Positions 30,212-40,317 of a stretch of 64,000 bases of DNA are shown here, one piece after another. The notes below the pieces were generated by a model. The model did no database searches. It was given only the letters and a program-made list of their open reading frames with translations, and had not been told where the DNA came from. The position numbers and the translations under genes are program-made. Position 1 is the stretch's first letter. Each line of letters opens with the position of its first letter. The stretch spans positions 2,385 through 66,384 of the forward strand of contig JAKSUA010000002.1 of the NCBI GenBank assembly GCA_024409235.1, read 5' to 3'. This DNA is from Bacteroidales bacterium (GTDB taxonomy: Bacteria > Bacteroidota > Bacteroidia > Bacteroidales > UBA1715).

Positions 30212-31075
30212 ATGCGACAATTAAAAATCACAAAGCAAGTAACCAACCGTGACACACCTTCTTTAGACAAGTATTTGCACGAAATTGGAAAAGTTGATCT
30301 TATTTCTGCAGAAGAAGAAGTTGAGTTGGCGAAAAGAATTAAAGAAGGCGATCAAAAAGCATTGGACAAGCTTATTAAAGCAAACCTACGTTTCGTTGTA
30401 TCGGTTTCTAAACAATATCAAAACCAAGGCTTGAGCCTTCCCGACTTGATTAACGAAGGAAACTTAGGATTGATTAAAGCCGCACAACGTTTTGATGAAA
30501 CACGTGGTTTCAAATTTATTTCTTACGCAGTTTGGTGGATTCGTCAATCGATTCTTCAGGCTTTGGCAGAACAAGCACGTATCGTACGTCTTCCATTAAA
30601 TAAGATTGGTAACATCAATAAGATAAACAAAACTTTATCAAATCTTGAGCAAGAATTCGAGCGTGAACCAACAGCTGAAGAAATTGCTTCGGAAATGGAC
30701 TGCAGCGCACGCGACGTAAAAGAATCCATGAAGAATTCAGGAAGACATATTTCCATGGATGCTCCACTTTCTCAAAGTGAAGAAGGTACATTATATGATG
30801 TATTGGACAACAAAGATACCCCATCTCCTGACCAAACATTAATTCAGGAATCTTTAAGAAAGGAAATCGACCGTGCGATATCAACTTTAACAGAACGCGA
30901 AGCTAATATCGTAAGAATGTATTTTGGTATTGGACAGAAAAACCCTTCAACATTAGAGGAAATCGGAACAGAACTTGGTTTGACACGTGAACGTGTACGC
31001 CAGATTAAGGAAAAAGCTGTTCGTCGTTTAAAACAAACCGCACGAAGCAAAATCCTAAAATCTTATCTTGGATAA
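30212..31075 (+). CDS. rpoD: RNA polymerase primary sigma factor (Bacteroidota short RpoD)
   Basis: 287 aa. Region 2 reads [35 protein letters not shown]. Region 4 reads [22 protein letters not shown]. Confidence 0.95.
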   Translation: MRQLKITKQVTNRDTPSLDKYLHEIGKVDLISAEEEVELAKRIKEGDQKALDKLIKANLRFVVSVSKQYQNQGLSLPDLINEGNLGLIKAAQRFDETRGFKFISYAVWWIRQSILQALAEQARIVRLPLNKIGNINKINKTLSNLEQEFEREPTAEEIASEMDCSARDVKESMKNSGRHISMDAPLSQSEEGTLYDVLDNKDTPSPDQTLIQESLRKEIDRAISTLTEREANIVRMYFGIGQKNPSTLEEIGTELGLTRERVRQIKEKAVRRLKQTARSKILKSYLG

Positions 31076-31099
31076 TTTAGAAATCTAATACAAACGAAA

Positions 31100-31130
31100 A
31101 GAGATTGCCGAAAAACAATCTCTTTTTTTT
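31100..31130 (+). terminator. intrinsic terminator of rpoD
   Basis: AGAGATTG-ccgaaaaa-CAATCTCT (31100-31107 / 31116-31123) followed by T8. Confidence 0.8.
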
Positions 31131-31148
31131 ACTATCCTTATCAAAACA

Positions 31149-31619
31149 TCAATCGTGATGATAAGGTAAATCGTTAATAATAGTAAACGCACGATAAAAC
31201 TGTTCTGCAACAAATACCCGTATCATTTGATGCGAAAATGTCATTTTCGAAAACGAGATTTTGTTTGGCACAGCATTATAGACATCCTGCGAAAAACCAT
31301 AAGGTCCACCTATTATAAAACACAAATCGCGTGAATTATCCCTTGCTGTTTCTATTACTTTAGCAAACTGGCGTGAAGTATATTCTTTCCCATTTTCATC
31401 GAGCAGGAAACACTGTGCATTCTGAGGAAGTTTTGCAAGAATTGCAGCACCTTCTTTTTTCTTTATCTCTTCGAACGTGGTTTTGCTCGAAGATTTGTAT
31501 TCTTGTATCTCAACAATAGAAAACTGGCAGTAATGCTTTAACCTACCTGCATATTCAGCAATTCCCTCCGCTAAATACGAAGCGTTTGTTTTTGCTACCC
31601 AGATAAGCGTAAGTTTCAT
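31149..31619 (-). CDS. rlmH: 23S rRNA (pseudouridine1915-N3)-methyltransferase
   Basis: 156 aa SPOUT fold with IIGGPYGFS and the C-terminal ...NDLPYHHD typical of RlmH. Its ATG shares 1 nt with the upstream stop (TAATG). Confidence 0.9.
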   Translation of the reverse strand: MKLTLIWVAKTNASYLAEGIAEYAGRLKHYCQFSIVEIQEYKSSSKTTFEEIKKKEGAAILAKLPQNAQCFLLDENGKEYTSRQFAKVIETARDNSRDLCFIIGGPYGFSQDVYNAVPNKISFSKMTFSHQMIRVFVAEQFYRAFTIINDLPYHHD

Positions 31620-33379
31620 TATTCTTTATGTCCGTCAAACGAATACGACAACCCAATCAAGAAATTACAACGTTGTGTAGGATAATCCATATAACGTTCA
31701 TTATTTAAACCACAGATGTTATTTACATCAAGGAATAGACGCAACACACTGTTGTAGAAATAATTAACTTCAACACCCAAGTCAACAATTGATTTTTTAG
31801 AAATAAGACCATGACCTTCACTCTGATACAACATATAATAGAGTTGCGGTTCAACTGTCATTTTAGTCTTATTTGAGTTAGGATTTACAATATCGAAACG
31901 AGTTGATACAGTTGCGTCCACAATAGGTTTATACCAAGCATATTTTAAAGAATCTAACTGCCAATAATAATAGTTGGCGTCAATACCCAAGTTCATCTTC
32001 CTGAACAAAAATCCCAAATCACCATGAACTTTCATCAATGTAGCATTATCGTACACTGCATCATAAGTTGTGTTCACTTTTTCAATTGGATAAAGTTCCT
32101 CGCTACCAATTAGACTATCTGGAATATTTGCAGTCCAGAAATACATATTTTCGTATGCATCGGCAGACAACTGAACATTGTATGTAACTAATTTCTTCAA
32201 ACGTCCATTCACACCCAATTCAAAGCCAAGAATATCACGGCATGGACGAAGCATAGTATTATCGCTGGCATATGGATTTTCATCAAGCATTTCGTACAAA
32301 GACTTCAAATCAACTTTGGCTCCGTAGAAATTGAAATATGGAACAAGTTTTAATTTAGGCAAAGAATACACAAATCTTACATCAGGAAAGACCTTAAATG
32401 TAGAATATCCACCAAAAGCAGGAGTCAGGTTCACTCCCACCTGCAGATTCCAAGCATTCGCTCCGACCTTCACATACGGCATTGCTGTAGCAACACCTTC
32501 CAATTTAGACAACAAAGTATCAACAGGTTGGAAATTCAAAGCACTCATTCTAAAATCAGCATTCAAACCCAAAGACAGCTTCTCCATTTTTTTGTGCAAT
32601 CCACCAGAAATATCCACAAGATTCTCAAGATTTGATGGTTTTCCTACGTTTGTAAGCTGGTAATCTACATCCAATCCATAACGTAAGGCGTCATCTTCTG
32701 CTTTGTGAGAAACAATTCCGGCATTTGCATTTAGTCCAAGAATATTTCGGCGGACTTTTTTCTTGTCAAATTCCGAAAGACCAAAAACAGAATCATATCC
32801 ATAACGCAATACACTTTTATATTGAGGTTTTATAGAAGCATACAAAGTAAAATTCTCATAAAAACGTTTCCAATACGCATTTATATAATCAGTAGTATAT
32901 CCGGCAGGATTTTTTTCGCCGTTGTCCATTTTAACTTTACCGGCAGAACCAAAATGATACAACTCAATACCCGACTGTTTTAAGCGTGAACGTTCCGTCA
33001 TATAACGAACTGACAGCAAACCTGTCCAATAATTACCAGCACCAACCACAGCTTCGCCACGATACAGTTCCTGCAGCTTGTCGCCTTTTACACTCACGGC
33101 ACGCAAAGGAATTATATGGTAATCAGTATTTAACGGACTTGTAGAAACGGAATATTTCAGATTAACCTGCAAGTCCAATGTATCATACACTTTAGGATTA
33201 ACCGAGATGCGGCTTGCATCAGAAATCTGAGGTTTATATTCAGAATACACTTGAATAGTTTTCTGCAGTTCCGGATTTTCTTCGGTCTGTGCAAACAATC
33301 CAAACGGAGCACACAAAGCAGCAACACAAGTGAATATATTTTTCATTGACATTTGAACAACTGACAATTTATATTTCAT
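31619..33379 (-). CDS. outer-membrane beta-barrel protein, putative porin-like
   Basis: Signal peptide ...CAPFGLFA|QTEEN. The sequence has alternating aromatic/polar beta-strand character throughout and a C-terminal ...LIGLSYSF barrel-like end. The start is uncertain: ATG 33379, 33352 or 33346. The ORF-track start at 33400 is TTG. Confidence 0.6.
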   Translation of the reverse strand: MKYKLSVVQMSMKNIFTCVAALCAPFGLFAQTEENPELQKTIQVYSEYKPQISDASRISVNPKVYDTLDLQVNLKYSVSTSPLNTDYHIIPLRAVSVKGDKLQELYRGEAVVGAGNYWTGLLSVRYMTERSRLKQSGIELYHFGSAGKVKMDNGEKNPAGYTTDYINAYWKRFYENFTLYASIKPQYKSVLRYGYDSVFGLSEFDKKKVRRNILGLNANAGIVSHKAEDDALRYGLDVDYQLTNVGKPSNLENLVDISGGLHKKMEKLSLGLNADFRMSALNFQPVDTLLSKLEGVATAMPYVKVGANAWNLQVGVNLTPAFGGYSTFKVFPDVRFVYSLPKLKLVPYFNFYGAKVDLKSLYEMLDENPYASDNTMLRPCRDILGFELGVNGRLKKLVTYNVQLSADAYENMYFWTANIPDSLIGSEELYPIEKVNTTYDAVYDNATLMKVHGDLGFLFRKMNLGIDANYYYWQLDSLKYAWYKPIVDATVSTRFDIVNPNSNKTKMTVEPQLYYMLYQSEGHGLISKKSIVDLGVEVNYFYNSVLRLFLDVNNICGLNNERYMDYPTQRCNFLIGLSYSFDGHKE

Positions 33380-33410
33380 AACAAATGATCTTAAATTCAA
33401 AATTATTTAA

Positions 33411-36400
33411 CTACTCCTCCATATTGATTTCAACCGACTGAGATTCCTGAGCTTTCTGAGCCATTTCAATATCGGTGATTTCATCAAGCACATCGTTTAC
33501 TTCATCAATAATTCCATCATCCTGTATTTTATAATGTTGAAGTACATTCTGCAATGTATAACGAGCCTGAAACAATTCATTTCTCTGCATAAAAATACGA
33601 GCCCACAGAATATACGATTTTCCTAACCAATATTGATGAGGAGAACTTTTTTCCAAGAAATCAAGAATTTCGCGTTCTGATTCTTCATAACGTTTTTGAT
33701 TGAACAAAATAGATTCAACACGATATTTAGATTCAGAACCTTCCATTGTTGCATAGTCAAGAGCCACTGTTCTATATTTTACCAAGGCATTGGTAGTGTC
33801 ACCTAAAGAATCATAAGCTACAGCAGAATTCATATTAGCCCAGCGTTTATCATTTTGAGAAACTTTTTCTGTTACAATAAAATTCTCTACAACAGCAACC
33901 AACTTATTGTATTCCTTCAATTTAGAATAAGCTTCAATCTGGAGTTTACGAGCTAAAAGCACATTTGGCTTTAATTCTGCCGTAGTTTCCAACTCAACTA
34001 AATACTGAGCAGCTTTTTCATATTGAAAATAATTCATAAGAATCTGCGAAGCATAAACCAAAGACTGCTCCGTATAATTACTTTTTGGCTGTTGAATTAC
34101 ATATTCCAAATATGGTAAAGCATCAGTCTGATAGCCACGATTATACAAGCAATCTCCTAAATAATAATTAACATTTATTTTGAAGAATCCATCACCATAT
34201 TTCTGTAAGTAACTCTTAAACAACGGAATAGCCTTTTCACATTCCCCATCAAAATACAATTCCTGAGCAACTTCAAAACTCAACGAATCAAGCTGAGCTT
34301 CAGTAATGTTATCATAACCACCGATTTGTTTCAAATAATTAGAAAACGAATCAATATCATTTTTCTTGCGATAAATATTTTGAATCATATTCAAGGCAGT
34401 CATAGCTTCCTGAGAGCCAGGATATTGCTCCACTATTCCTTTGTACATTGCCAGAGCTTCATCAATATTAGAGTTATTGTATTCAATCAAAGCATATTGA
34501 AGCAAAGCACGTTTCACATAAGAGCTCGACTTATAATTAGCAATGATATTTTTATAGTTTTCAATAGCTTTTGAATCCTGTCCAATTTTCATATATGCCT
34601 CAGCCTGTTCGTACAATGCATCATCATAATATGTAGAATTAACATACTTTTTCAAGAAAGCAGATAAGGTCTCTGCTTTACCGGAATAATTTCCGTCAAG
34701 TCCCTGACAGAAAGCTTCCTGAAACAACGCATACTCCACATCAAAACGGCCAATAGACTCAGCCTGACGATAATATTTTACAGCAGAAGCAAAATCCTTC
34801 ATCATATAATAGCTGTCACCAGTACGAATTAACGCATCCGTATAAACATCAGACTTTTTGTCTTTTGCCATATCGATATATTTTCGGTACCACATTGCAG
34901 CCGACGGATAAGATTCTTCTTCGAAATATGTGTAAGCAATATTATAATGAGCACGTTCATATTCCTGAGTACCAAAAGCACCCTGCATCACAATATAATC
35001 TTTATAAAGCTTTTGAGCATCAGCATATTTGTTCAATTTATAGCATGATTCAGCTTTCCAGTAAGTACAATAAGAATTTATTGCCCTATCGTAAATACCG
35101 TATTCCATTGATTTATTGAGCATTTCAATTGCCTCTTCATAATTCAAGTTATTGAATAATTCCAAACCTCTATAATATGCAATCTGTTGATACGCCATTT
35201 TCAAATCACTTGTAAGCGATCCTATGCTTTCCAATGATTTTAGAGCATCACCATAATTTCGAGAAGACATATAAATTTTAACCATTAAGCTATTTGCTTC
35301 ATCCTTATACTTTGATTTTGGATACGTGGTCATAAAATTATTCATCGCTGTAATAGCCTCATTAAAAGGAGCAAACGAAAGTTCATAAGTTAATTTCGCA
35401 TAACAAAACATTGCATCCTCTTTTATTTGAGGGAAAACATCATATCCCATACAAGCATAGAATACGTTACGTGCTTTCTCCTTCTGTCCAAGTTTCAGAT
35501 AGCAGTCTGCCATGTGGTAATACGCATTCTGAGCGATCGTATCATTTTCCGAAGTTACCATCTGGAATTTATCAACTGCATTCTGATATTCCCCCAAACG
35601 ATAATACAACTGTCCCATTTCATAATATTCAACTTTTGTTGGAGCCGGAGACGAAGCAAAATATTTTTCATAATATGGTAAAGCCTGTTGATACTGCATT
35701 GTTTTATAATATGCACCGGCCATTACACGATACACATCGCCTAAATATTTTGGATTTATCAGCATTTCAACCTTTTTTCCGTACTGAATCAACTTATCAT
35801 AGTCTTCATTCTGATAGTAAATCTGACAGATGTACGGAGCAACTACAGGAGAGAAAATCGAAGAGTCAGCCAACATATTAAAGCCAACCATTGCCACATC
35901 ATAATTGCCATCCACATATTCTAAATACGAATAATAAAACAAGGCATTTTCTGCATACGGAGACTTTTTGGCATCCTTCACCTCACGAAACAATGGTTTT
36001 GCCATTTCGAAATATGAAGATTTTTCAGCATAGATTGAATTTTGCTCAGCCTCACCTTTTTGCTCAAGCTCATTCATTTTATAATAGCAATAAGCTTTTT
36101 TGTAGAAGAATTCCAACACTTCACTATTTGTAAAACGTTGAATATCAATTTTCTGATATTCATTCAAAGCTTCTTTATAAAACTGTTCATGAAACAAATA
36201 ATTTCCCAGTTCAAAATGAGCCTTATTAATACGTGGATATTCAGGGTTATCAGCAATAAACTGTTTTACAGCAAACAAACCATCTGGGTTAAACAAGCGT
36301 AAGGCACACACTGCAGAATAAAATTCAGCATCAGTTTTTTCTTCTCTTGTGACCTTTGAATCTGCAATGTTTCTGAAATGTTGTTGAGCAGAACTATATT

Positions 36401-36524
36401 TCTGATTTTCAAACAAATGCATACCTAACGCATATTCATTGCTTGACATATCAATTTTTTGAGCAGTTGCCACCATACAACCGCCCATCAACATGAATAT
36501 TAACGATAATTTTATCTTGTTCAT
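33411..36524 (-). CDS. large tetratricopeptide-repeat protein, probable lipoprotein
   Basis: The ATG at 36524 gives MNKIKLSLIFMLMGGC (lipobox), and an alternative SPase I site is VATA|Q. More than 1000 aa show TPR-like A/Y/L periodicity (AxxYYxxGxY...). The ORF-track start at 36599 is TTG. Confidence 0.8.
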   Translation of the reverse strand: MNKIKLSLIFMLMGGCMVATAQKIDMSSNEYALGMHLFENQKYSSAQQHFRNIADSKVTREEKTDAEFYSAVCALRLFNPDGLFAVKQFIADNPEYPRINKAHFELGNYLFHEQFYKEALNEYQKIDIQRFTNSEVLEFFYKKAYCYYKMNELEQKGEAEQNSIYAEKSSYFEMAKPLFREVKDAKKSPYAENALFYYSYLEYVDGNYDVAMVGFNMLADSSIFSPVVAPYICQIYYQNEDYDKLIQYGKKVEMLINPKYLGDVYRVMAGAYYKTMQYQQALPYYEKYFASSPAPTKVEYYEMGQLYYRLGEYQNAVDKFQMVTSENDTIAQNAYYHMADCYLKLGQKEKARNVFYACMGYDVFPQIKEDAMFCYAKLTYELSFAPFNEAITAMNNFMTTYPKSKYKDEANSLMVKIYMSSRNYGDALKSLESIGSLTSDLKMAYQQIAYYRGLELFNNLNYEEAIEMLNKSMEYGIYDRAINSYCTYWKAESCYKLNKYADAQKLYKDYIVMQGAFGTQEYERAHYNIAYTYFEEESYPSAAMWYRKYIDMAKDKKSDVYTDALIRTGDSYYMMKDFASAVKYYRQAESIGRFDVEYALFQEAFCQGLDGNYSGKAETLSAFLKKYVNSTYYDDALYEQAEAYMKIGQDSKAIENYKNIIANYKSSSYVKRALLQYALIEYNNSNIDEALAMYKGIVEQYPGSQEAMTALNMIQNIYRKKNDIDSFSNYLKQIGGYDNITEAQLDSLSFEVAQELYFDGECEKAIPLFKSYLQKYGDGFFKINVNYYLGDCLYNRGYQTDALPYLEYVIQQPKSNYTEQSLVYASQILMNYFQYEKAAQYLVELETTAELKPNVLLARKLQIEAYSKLKEYNKLVAVVENFIVTEKVSQNDKRWANMNSAVAYDSLGDTTNALVKYRTVALDYATMEGSESKYRVESILFNQKRYEESEREILDFLEKSSPHQYWLGKSYILWARIFMQRNELFQARYTLQNVLQHYKIQDDGIIDEVNDVLDEITDIEMAQKAQESQSVEINMEE

Positions 36525-36721
36525 ATTATTACACACTATATCGCACAAATTTGAATAAAAAAAACGCTTATTCTTTTCTGTTCGCCCGTAAGTTTTCAAA
36601 AACTTATAAACCTAAAAAGAATCTTACTGAACAAAAGCGGATAATTCCTAAAAATAGAAAATCTATAGATGAAAACGGTAATATTTTTAGTACATTGCGA
36701 AAAATTTATAATAACACAATT

Positions 36722-38077
36722 ATGAGAATACCTAAATTTTCAAGTATATCAGATTACATCAAAGGACTTGTAAACATCCGTCATGACTGTGATGCTGAAG
36801 CAACAATCCAAAACATCTCACAAAACATTGAATTTAAAGGTGTTAATGTCTGGATTTTAGTTTTTGCGATTTTTCTCGCTTCGATAGGATTAAATGTAAA
36901 CTCTACTGCCGTAATAATCGGTGCCATGCTTGTTTCCCCACTTATGGGCCCTATCATTGGATGCGGTCTTGCAGTAGGTATCAGCGACATTAAATTGTTA
37001 AAGAAATCCTTGAAGAACCTTTTGATTATGGCTGTCATAAGCCTTTTAGTTTCAACAATATACTTTGTGCTTACTCCACTAAGCGACGCGCAGTCAGAAC
37101 TATTAGCAAGAACACGCCCAACTATTTTCGACGTGATGATAGCAACATTCGGTGGATTCGCAGGAATTGTAGCATCCTCACGAAAAAAAGAAATGACAAC
37201 GGTTGTTTCCGGCGTAGCTATTGCAACTGCATTGATGCCTCCTCTCTGCACTGCCGGATATGGTTTAGGAACAGGACAACACAACTATTTTTGGGGAGCG
37301 TTCTACCTATTCTTTATAAACTCATTTTTTATTGCTTTAGCAACTTTCATAATTATCAAATATTTAAAATTCCCGGAGAAAAATTACGTTGATGAAAAAC
37401 GAAGAAAAAACGTACGCAGAACGATTGCATTCTTCTCTCTTATTGTTGTAGCACCTAGTATTTTTATAGCTTTTAATGTAATAAAAGAAACCGCATTTAA
37501 TTCATATTCAAGAAAATACATTTCCGACATTGAACAAAGCGAAATGTTTCCGGATGTACAAATCATAAAAAATTCCATTGATTATAAAACAAAGAAAATA
37601 GAGCTTGCATTTGTAGGAAAAACACTCACAGAAGAACAAACTCAGTTTCTTCACAAACATCTTATCGACTGCAGCTTAGACCATGTTACACTTACCATAA
37701 AACAAGCAGGATCCACAACATTAGATTTGAACAAACAGTCACAATTAATACAAGACTTATTAGACAAAAAAGACCTTGAATTAATAAAAAGCGACTCCAC
37801 TATCTCCGCTTTACAGAATCAGATTACAGAATTACAAGTGAATTCACAGACAAACATGGCTAAGTTTGCAAAAGAATTAAAAGCCTTGCAGCCAAACATT
37901 GAAAAATTCACTCTTGGTGAATCACAACAATTTGATTTACAAAACGATAGCACAAAAAAATCACCGATTCTAACATTATATTGGGAGAAATCATCAACAA
38001 ACAGTCAAAAAGAAGAATTAGAATCTTGGATTAGAATCAGATTGGAAAACAACGACCTTGTAATTGAAAACAAATAA
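36722..38077 (+). CDS. DUF389 family membrane protein with C-terminal coiled-coil extension
   Basis: The motif VIIGAMLVSPLMGPIIG and 6-7 TM spans are typical of DUF389. The ATG at 36722 (MRIPKF) is preferred because the ORF-track TTG start at 36551 overlaps the divergent TPR gene. Confidence 0.8.
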   Translation: MRIPKFSSISDYIKGLVNIRHDCDAEATIQNISQNIEFKGVNVWILVFAIFLASIGLNVNSTAVIIGAMLVSPLMGPIIGCGLAVGISDIKLLKKSLKNLLIMAVISLLVSTIYFVLTPLSDAQSELLARTRPTIFDVMIATFGGFAGIVASSRKKEMTTVVSGVAIATALMPPLCTAGYGLGTGQHNYFWGAFYLFFINSFFIALATFIIIKYLKFPEKNYVDEKRRKNVRRTIAFFSLIVVAPSIFIAFNVIKETAFNSYSRKYISDIEQSEMFPDVQIIKNSIDYKTKKIELAFVGKTLTEEQTQFLHKHLIDCSLDHVTLTIKQAGSTTLDLNKQSQLIQDLLDKKDLELIKSDSTISALQNQITELQVNSQTNMAKFAKELKALQPNIEKFTLGESQQFDLQNDSTKKSPILTLYWEKSSTNSQKEELESWIRIRLENNDLVIENK

Positions 38078-38169
38078 CTAGTACAAATATCACTATATCA
38101 AAGCATTAATCGGTTGAAAACTCTGTTATAAAAGAATTTCATTCCCAAAATCTTCTGTGAAAAAACAGA

Positions 38170-38177
38170 TATTTTTG
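38170..38177 (+). promoter_or_regulatory. candidate -7 box
   Basis: TATTTTTG, 22 nt before the ATG at 38200. Confidence 0.4.
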
Positions 38178-38199
38178 CAATGAATAATTTTATAATAAG

Positions 38200-39600
38200 A
38201 TGAGAAAATTCCTGCTTGCCACTATAGGCATAATCTTTTCAATAAGCATTTTTGCACAAAACCAAAACGAGTTTAAAATCTACGGTAAAATAAAGGCCGT
38301 AAACTCACCAGCTGAAGGAGTTACAATAAAAGTAACACAACGAGGCTATAAATACAAAGAAGTTACCACTGACGCCAAAGGTGCTTACGAACTGTACCTT
38401 CCCTATGGAAAAAACTTCGTAATAACCTATAATATGGATGGTTATCAAACACTTACATTCGAAGCAAACTTAGAGCTTCCATCTAATGCTCCGCAATGCT
38501 GCTACCGACCAATGGAGATTTCATACCATCTTTTTAACCCTGAAGACAAATACAAACACTTGTTTAACAAAACATTCCACGTAATTGCCTACGAAAAACA
38601 ATTCAAAGGATTCAACTACGACCTTGACATTGACTACATGGTTCAACAAAGAATTGTAAACACAGAGTTATTTGAACAACAATTAGAATTAGCCCATAAC
38701 GGTGCCGAAAAAAACAAAGATTCCATCAAAGTTGAAAAACGCTATATGGCATTAATCAATCAAGGCTCTGTTTACTACGATAAATCACAGTTTTATGCAG
38801 CACGAAAATTCTTTACCGAAGCTACTAAAATAAAGCCAAAACGTTTATACGCCTACTACAAATTGGAAGACATAAAAACCGAGATAGAACGATTTGAAAC
38901 TAAAGCTGAATTACTCGGAATCAACTTAGACTCTTTAATTGCTCAGGAATTAGCAAAAATTGACGAAAGCGAAGAAGGCCCTAAAACATATCCAGCCTAC
39001 GTTCCCCTTACCGACCAACAAGTTGAAGAAATTTTCCGCACAGAACTTCAGAAACAAGTATATGCTTCCAGCTCAAATATTGCCGAAGGCAACCGCACTA
39101 TGCGTTTAATGGACGAGTTCTTTAGCGAAGAAACAAAGAAAAACACAGCTATAGCACAAACAGAACCTAAGAAAAAAGAGAAAAAGAAAAAAACGGAAGA
39201 AGTACAACAGCAAGTTGTTGCCAAAGAAGAACCTAAACCAGAACCAAAAGCAGAGCCTATTGATTTGTCTCAGAAACCAAAACCTGTTGTAAAAACAGAA
39301 GCAACTAAAAAAGTTGTTGACTTTGTGACATACCAGGATTCCTTAATGCAAAAATATCCGAACGAACGTACTATAGAGATAACTCAAGACGCTCACAAAA
39401 AAACAACCAGAGTATTTATGAACGACGGAAAACGAGTTGAAATCTACACTATGGTTGAACACAGCTGGGGAGCCACCTATTATTTCTTAGAAGAATACCC
39501 TACAGGTACCACAAGCATTGGTTACGCTGCATTTGTAAACAAAACAAAACTGACAGATTTGAATAATATACAAGCTACTCAACCAGCAGGGAACCAGTAG
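38200..39600 (+). CDS. hypothetical secreted protein (carboxypeptidase-regulatory-like N-domain, helical middle, K/E/P-rich linker, C-terminal globular domain)
   Basis: 466 aa. The signal peptide is ...SISIFA|QNQ, followed by the CRD-like YGKIKAVNSPAEGVTIKVT...GAYELYLPYG. A KKKEKKKKTEE...KPEPKAEP linker is present. The C-terminus has WGATYYF. Confidence 0.6.
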   Translation: MRKFLLATIGIIFSISIFAQNQNEFKIYGKIKAVNSPAEGVTIKVTQRGYKYKEVTTDAKGAYELYLPYGKNFVITYNMDGYQTLTFEANLELPSNAPQCCYRPMEISYHLFNPEDKYKHLFNKTFHVIAYEKQFKGFNYDLDIDYMVQQRIVNTELFEQQLELAHNGAEKNKDSIKVEKRYMALINQGSVYYDKSQFYAARKFFTEATKIKPKRLYAYYKLEDIKTEIERFETKAELLGINLDSLIAQELAKIDESEEGPKTYPAYVPLTDQQVEEIFRTELQKQVYASSSNIAEGNRTMRLMDEFFSEETKKNTAIAQTEPKKKEKKKKTEEVQQQVVAKEEPKPEPKAEPIDLSQKPKPVVKTEATKKVVDFVTYQDSLMQKYPNERTIEITQDAHKKTTRVFMNDGKRVEIYTMVEHSWGATYYFLEEYPTGTTSIGYAAFVNKTKLTDLNNIQATQPAGNQ

Positions 39601-39610
39601 CTTATAAATC

Positions 39611-39645
39611 AAACGGCATTGGAAACAAAAACCAATGCCGTTTTT
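39611..39645 (+). terminator. intrinsic terminator
   Basis: AAACGGCATTGG-(9 nt)-CCAATGCCGTTT (39611-39622 / 39632-39643) followed by a T-run. It overlaps the ORF-track start (39635) of the sigma gene, which argues for the ATG at 39662. Confidence 0.8.
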
Positions 39646-39661
39646 AGTTAATTATTTCGTA

Positions 39662-40201
39662 ATGAGCAGACAAACAATAAAAGAACGAAACCATAAAGAA
39701 TGGAATCTTTTATTCCAGTCCATTTACGAACAATACTATGCAAAACTTTGTGTTTTTGCAGCATCCATCTTAAACAACGAAGAAGAAGCCGAAGAAATCG
39801 TTCAAAACGTAATTTATAAGCTTTGGGAGAAAAGAGACAGCTATGATTCCATAGAAAACCTCAGTTCTTATTTATTCAGATCGGTGAAAAACCACTGTAT
39901 CAACACGATAAACCATAAAAAAACAGAAGAAAAATATCTTAATGAAGCATGGACTGAATTAAAATCTATTGAAATCAAATCCATAGAATATCCTTTTGAA
40001 AAAGATAATAAAGAAGAACAATTACATTCAGCAATACAAACACTACCCGAACGATGCAAGGAAGTGCTTTCCATGAGCAAATTCGAGGGACTTAAAAACA
40101 AAGAAATCGCAGAACAATTAAATATATCCGTTAAAGCTGTGGAGGCAAATATAACAAGAGCCTTCTCTTTATTACGTAAAACATTGAGCAATAAGAAATA
40201 G
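39662..40201 (+). CDS. ECF-type RNA polymerase sigma-70 factor (Bacteroides expansion type)
   Basis: About 179 aa. Region 2 reads EEAEEIVQNVIYKLWEKRD...YLFRSVKNHCIN. Region 4 reads LPERCKEVLSMSKFEGLKNKEIAEQLNISVKAVEANITRA. Confidence 0.9.
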   Translation: MSRQTIKERNHKEWNLLFQSIYEQYYAKLCVFAASILNNEEEAEEIVQNVIYKLWEKRDSYDSIENLSSYLFRSVKNHCINTINHKKTEEKYLNEAWTELKSIEIKSIEYPFEKDNKEEQLHSAIQTLPERCKEVLSMSKFEGLKNKEIAEQLNISVKAVEANITRAFSLLRKTLSNKK

Positions 40202-40317
40202 CATAGATCAAATAACTCGAACCTTTAACTTATCTCGTAAAAAAAATTATATAAATTAACATTTCACATAGGGATTTTAAAACGTTAATTGTCTTTTAGT
40301 TGTATCAGTCATTAATT

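Noticed and set aside
33411-36524. Idea that the large TPR lipoprotein is the T9SS component PorW/SprE.
   Set aside because: Only generic features are shared (size, lipobox, TPRs). The neighbourhood I remember for porW/sprE (a DUF4292 lipoprotein and an M23 peptidase downstream) is not present here. I cannot support orthology without a search.
36525-36721. Apparent head-to-head overlap of the TPR gene (track start 36599) and the DUF389 gene (track start 36551). Comparable N-terminal extensions occur at 12655, 13727, 14685, 16412, 17430, 18463, 33400, 39635, 40300, 50174, 54103 and 63197.
   Set aside because: Wherever I read the DNA, the extended start was a TTG codon (12655, 14685, 16412, 17430, 33400, 36551, 36599, 40300, 50174, 54103, 63197). 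I did not check the start codons at 13727 and 18463, and 39635 is an ATG rejected because the 39611-39645 terminator overlaps it. The extensions lack signal-peptide or domain logic. They often overlap the neighbouring gene, a terminator (39611-39645) or a -7 box (16410-16417). In each case a downstream ATG gives a canonical N-terminus.
39170-39260. Purine-rich tract (aagaaaaaagagaaaaagaaaaaaacggaagaag...) that looks repeat-like.
   Set aside because: It is in frame within the 466-aa ORF and encodes the KKKEKKKKTEE / KPEPKAEP charged linker. It is a coding low-complexity region, not a tandem repeat element or CRISPR-like array.
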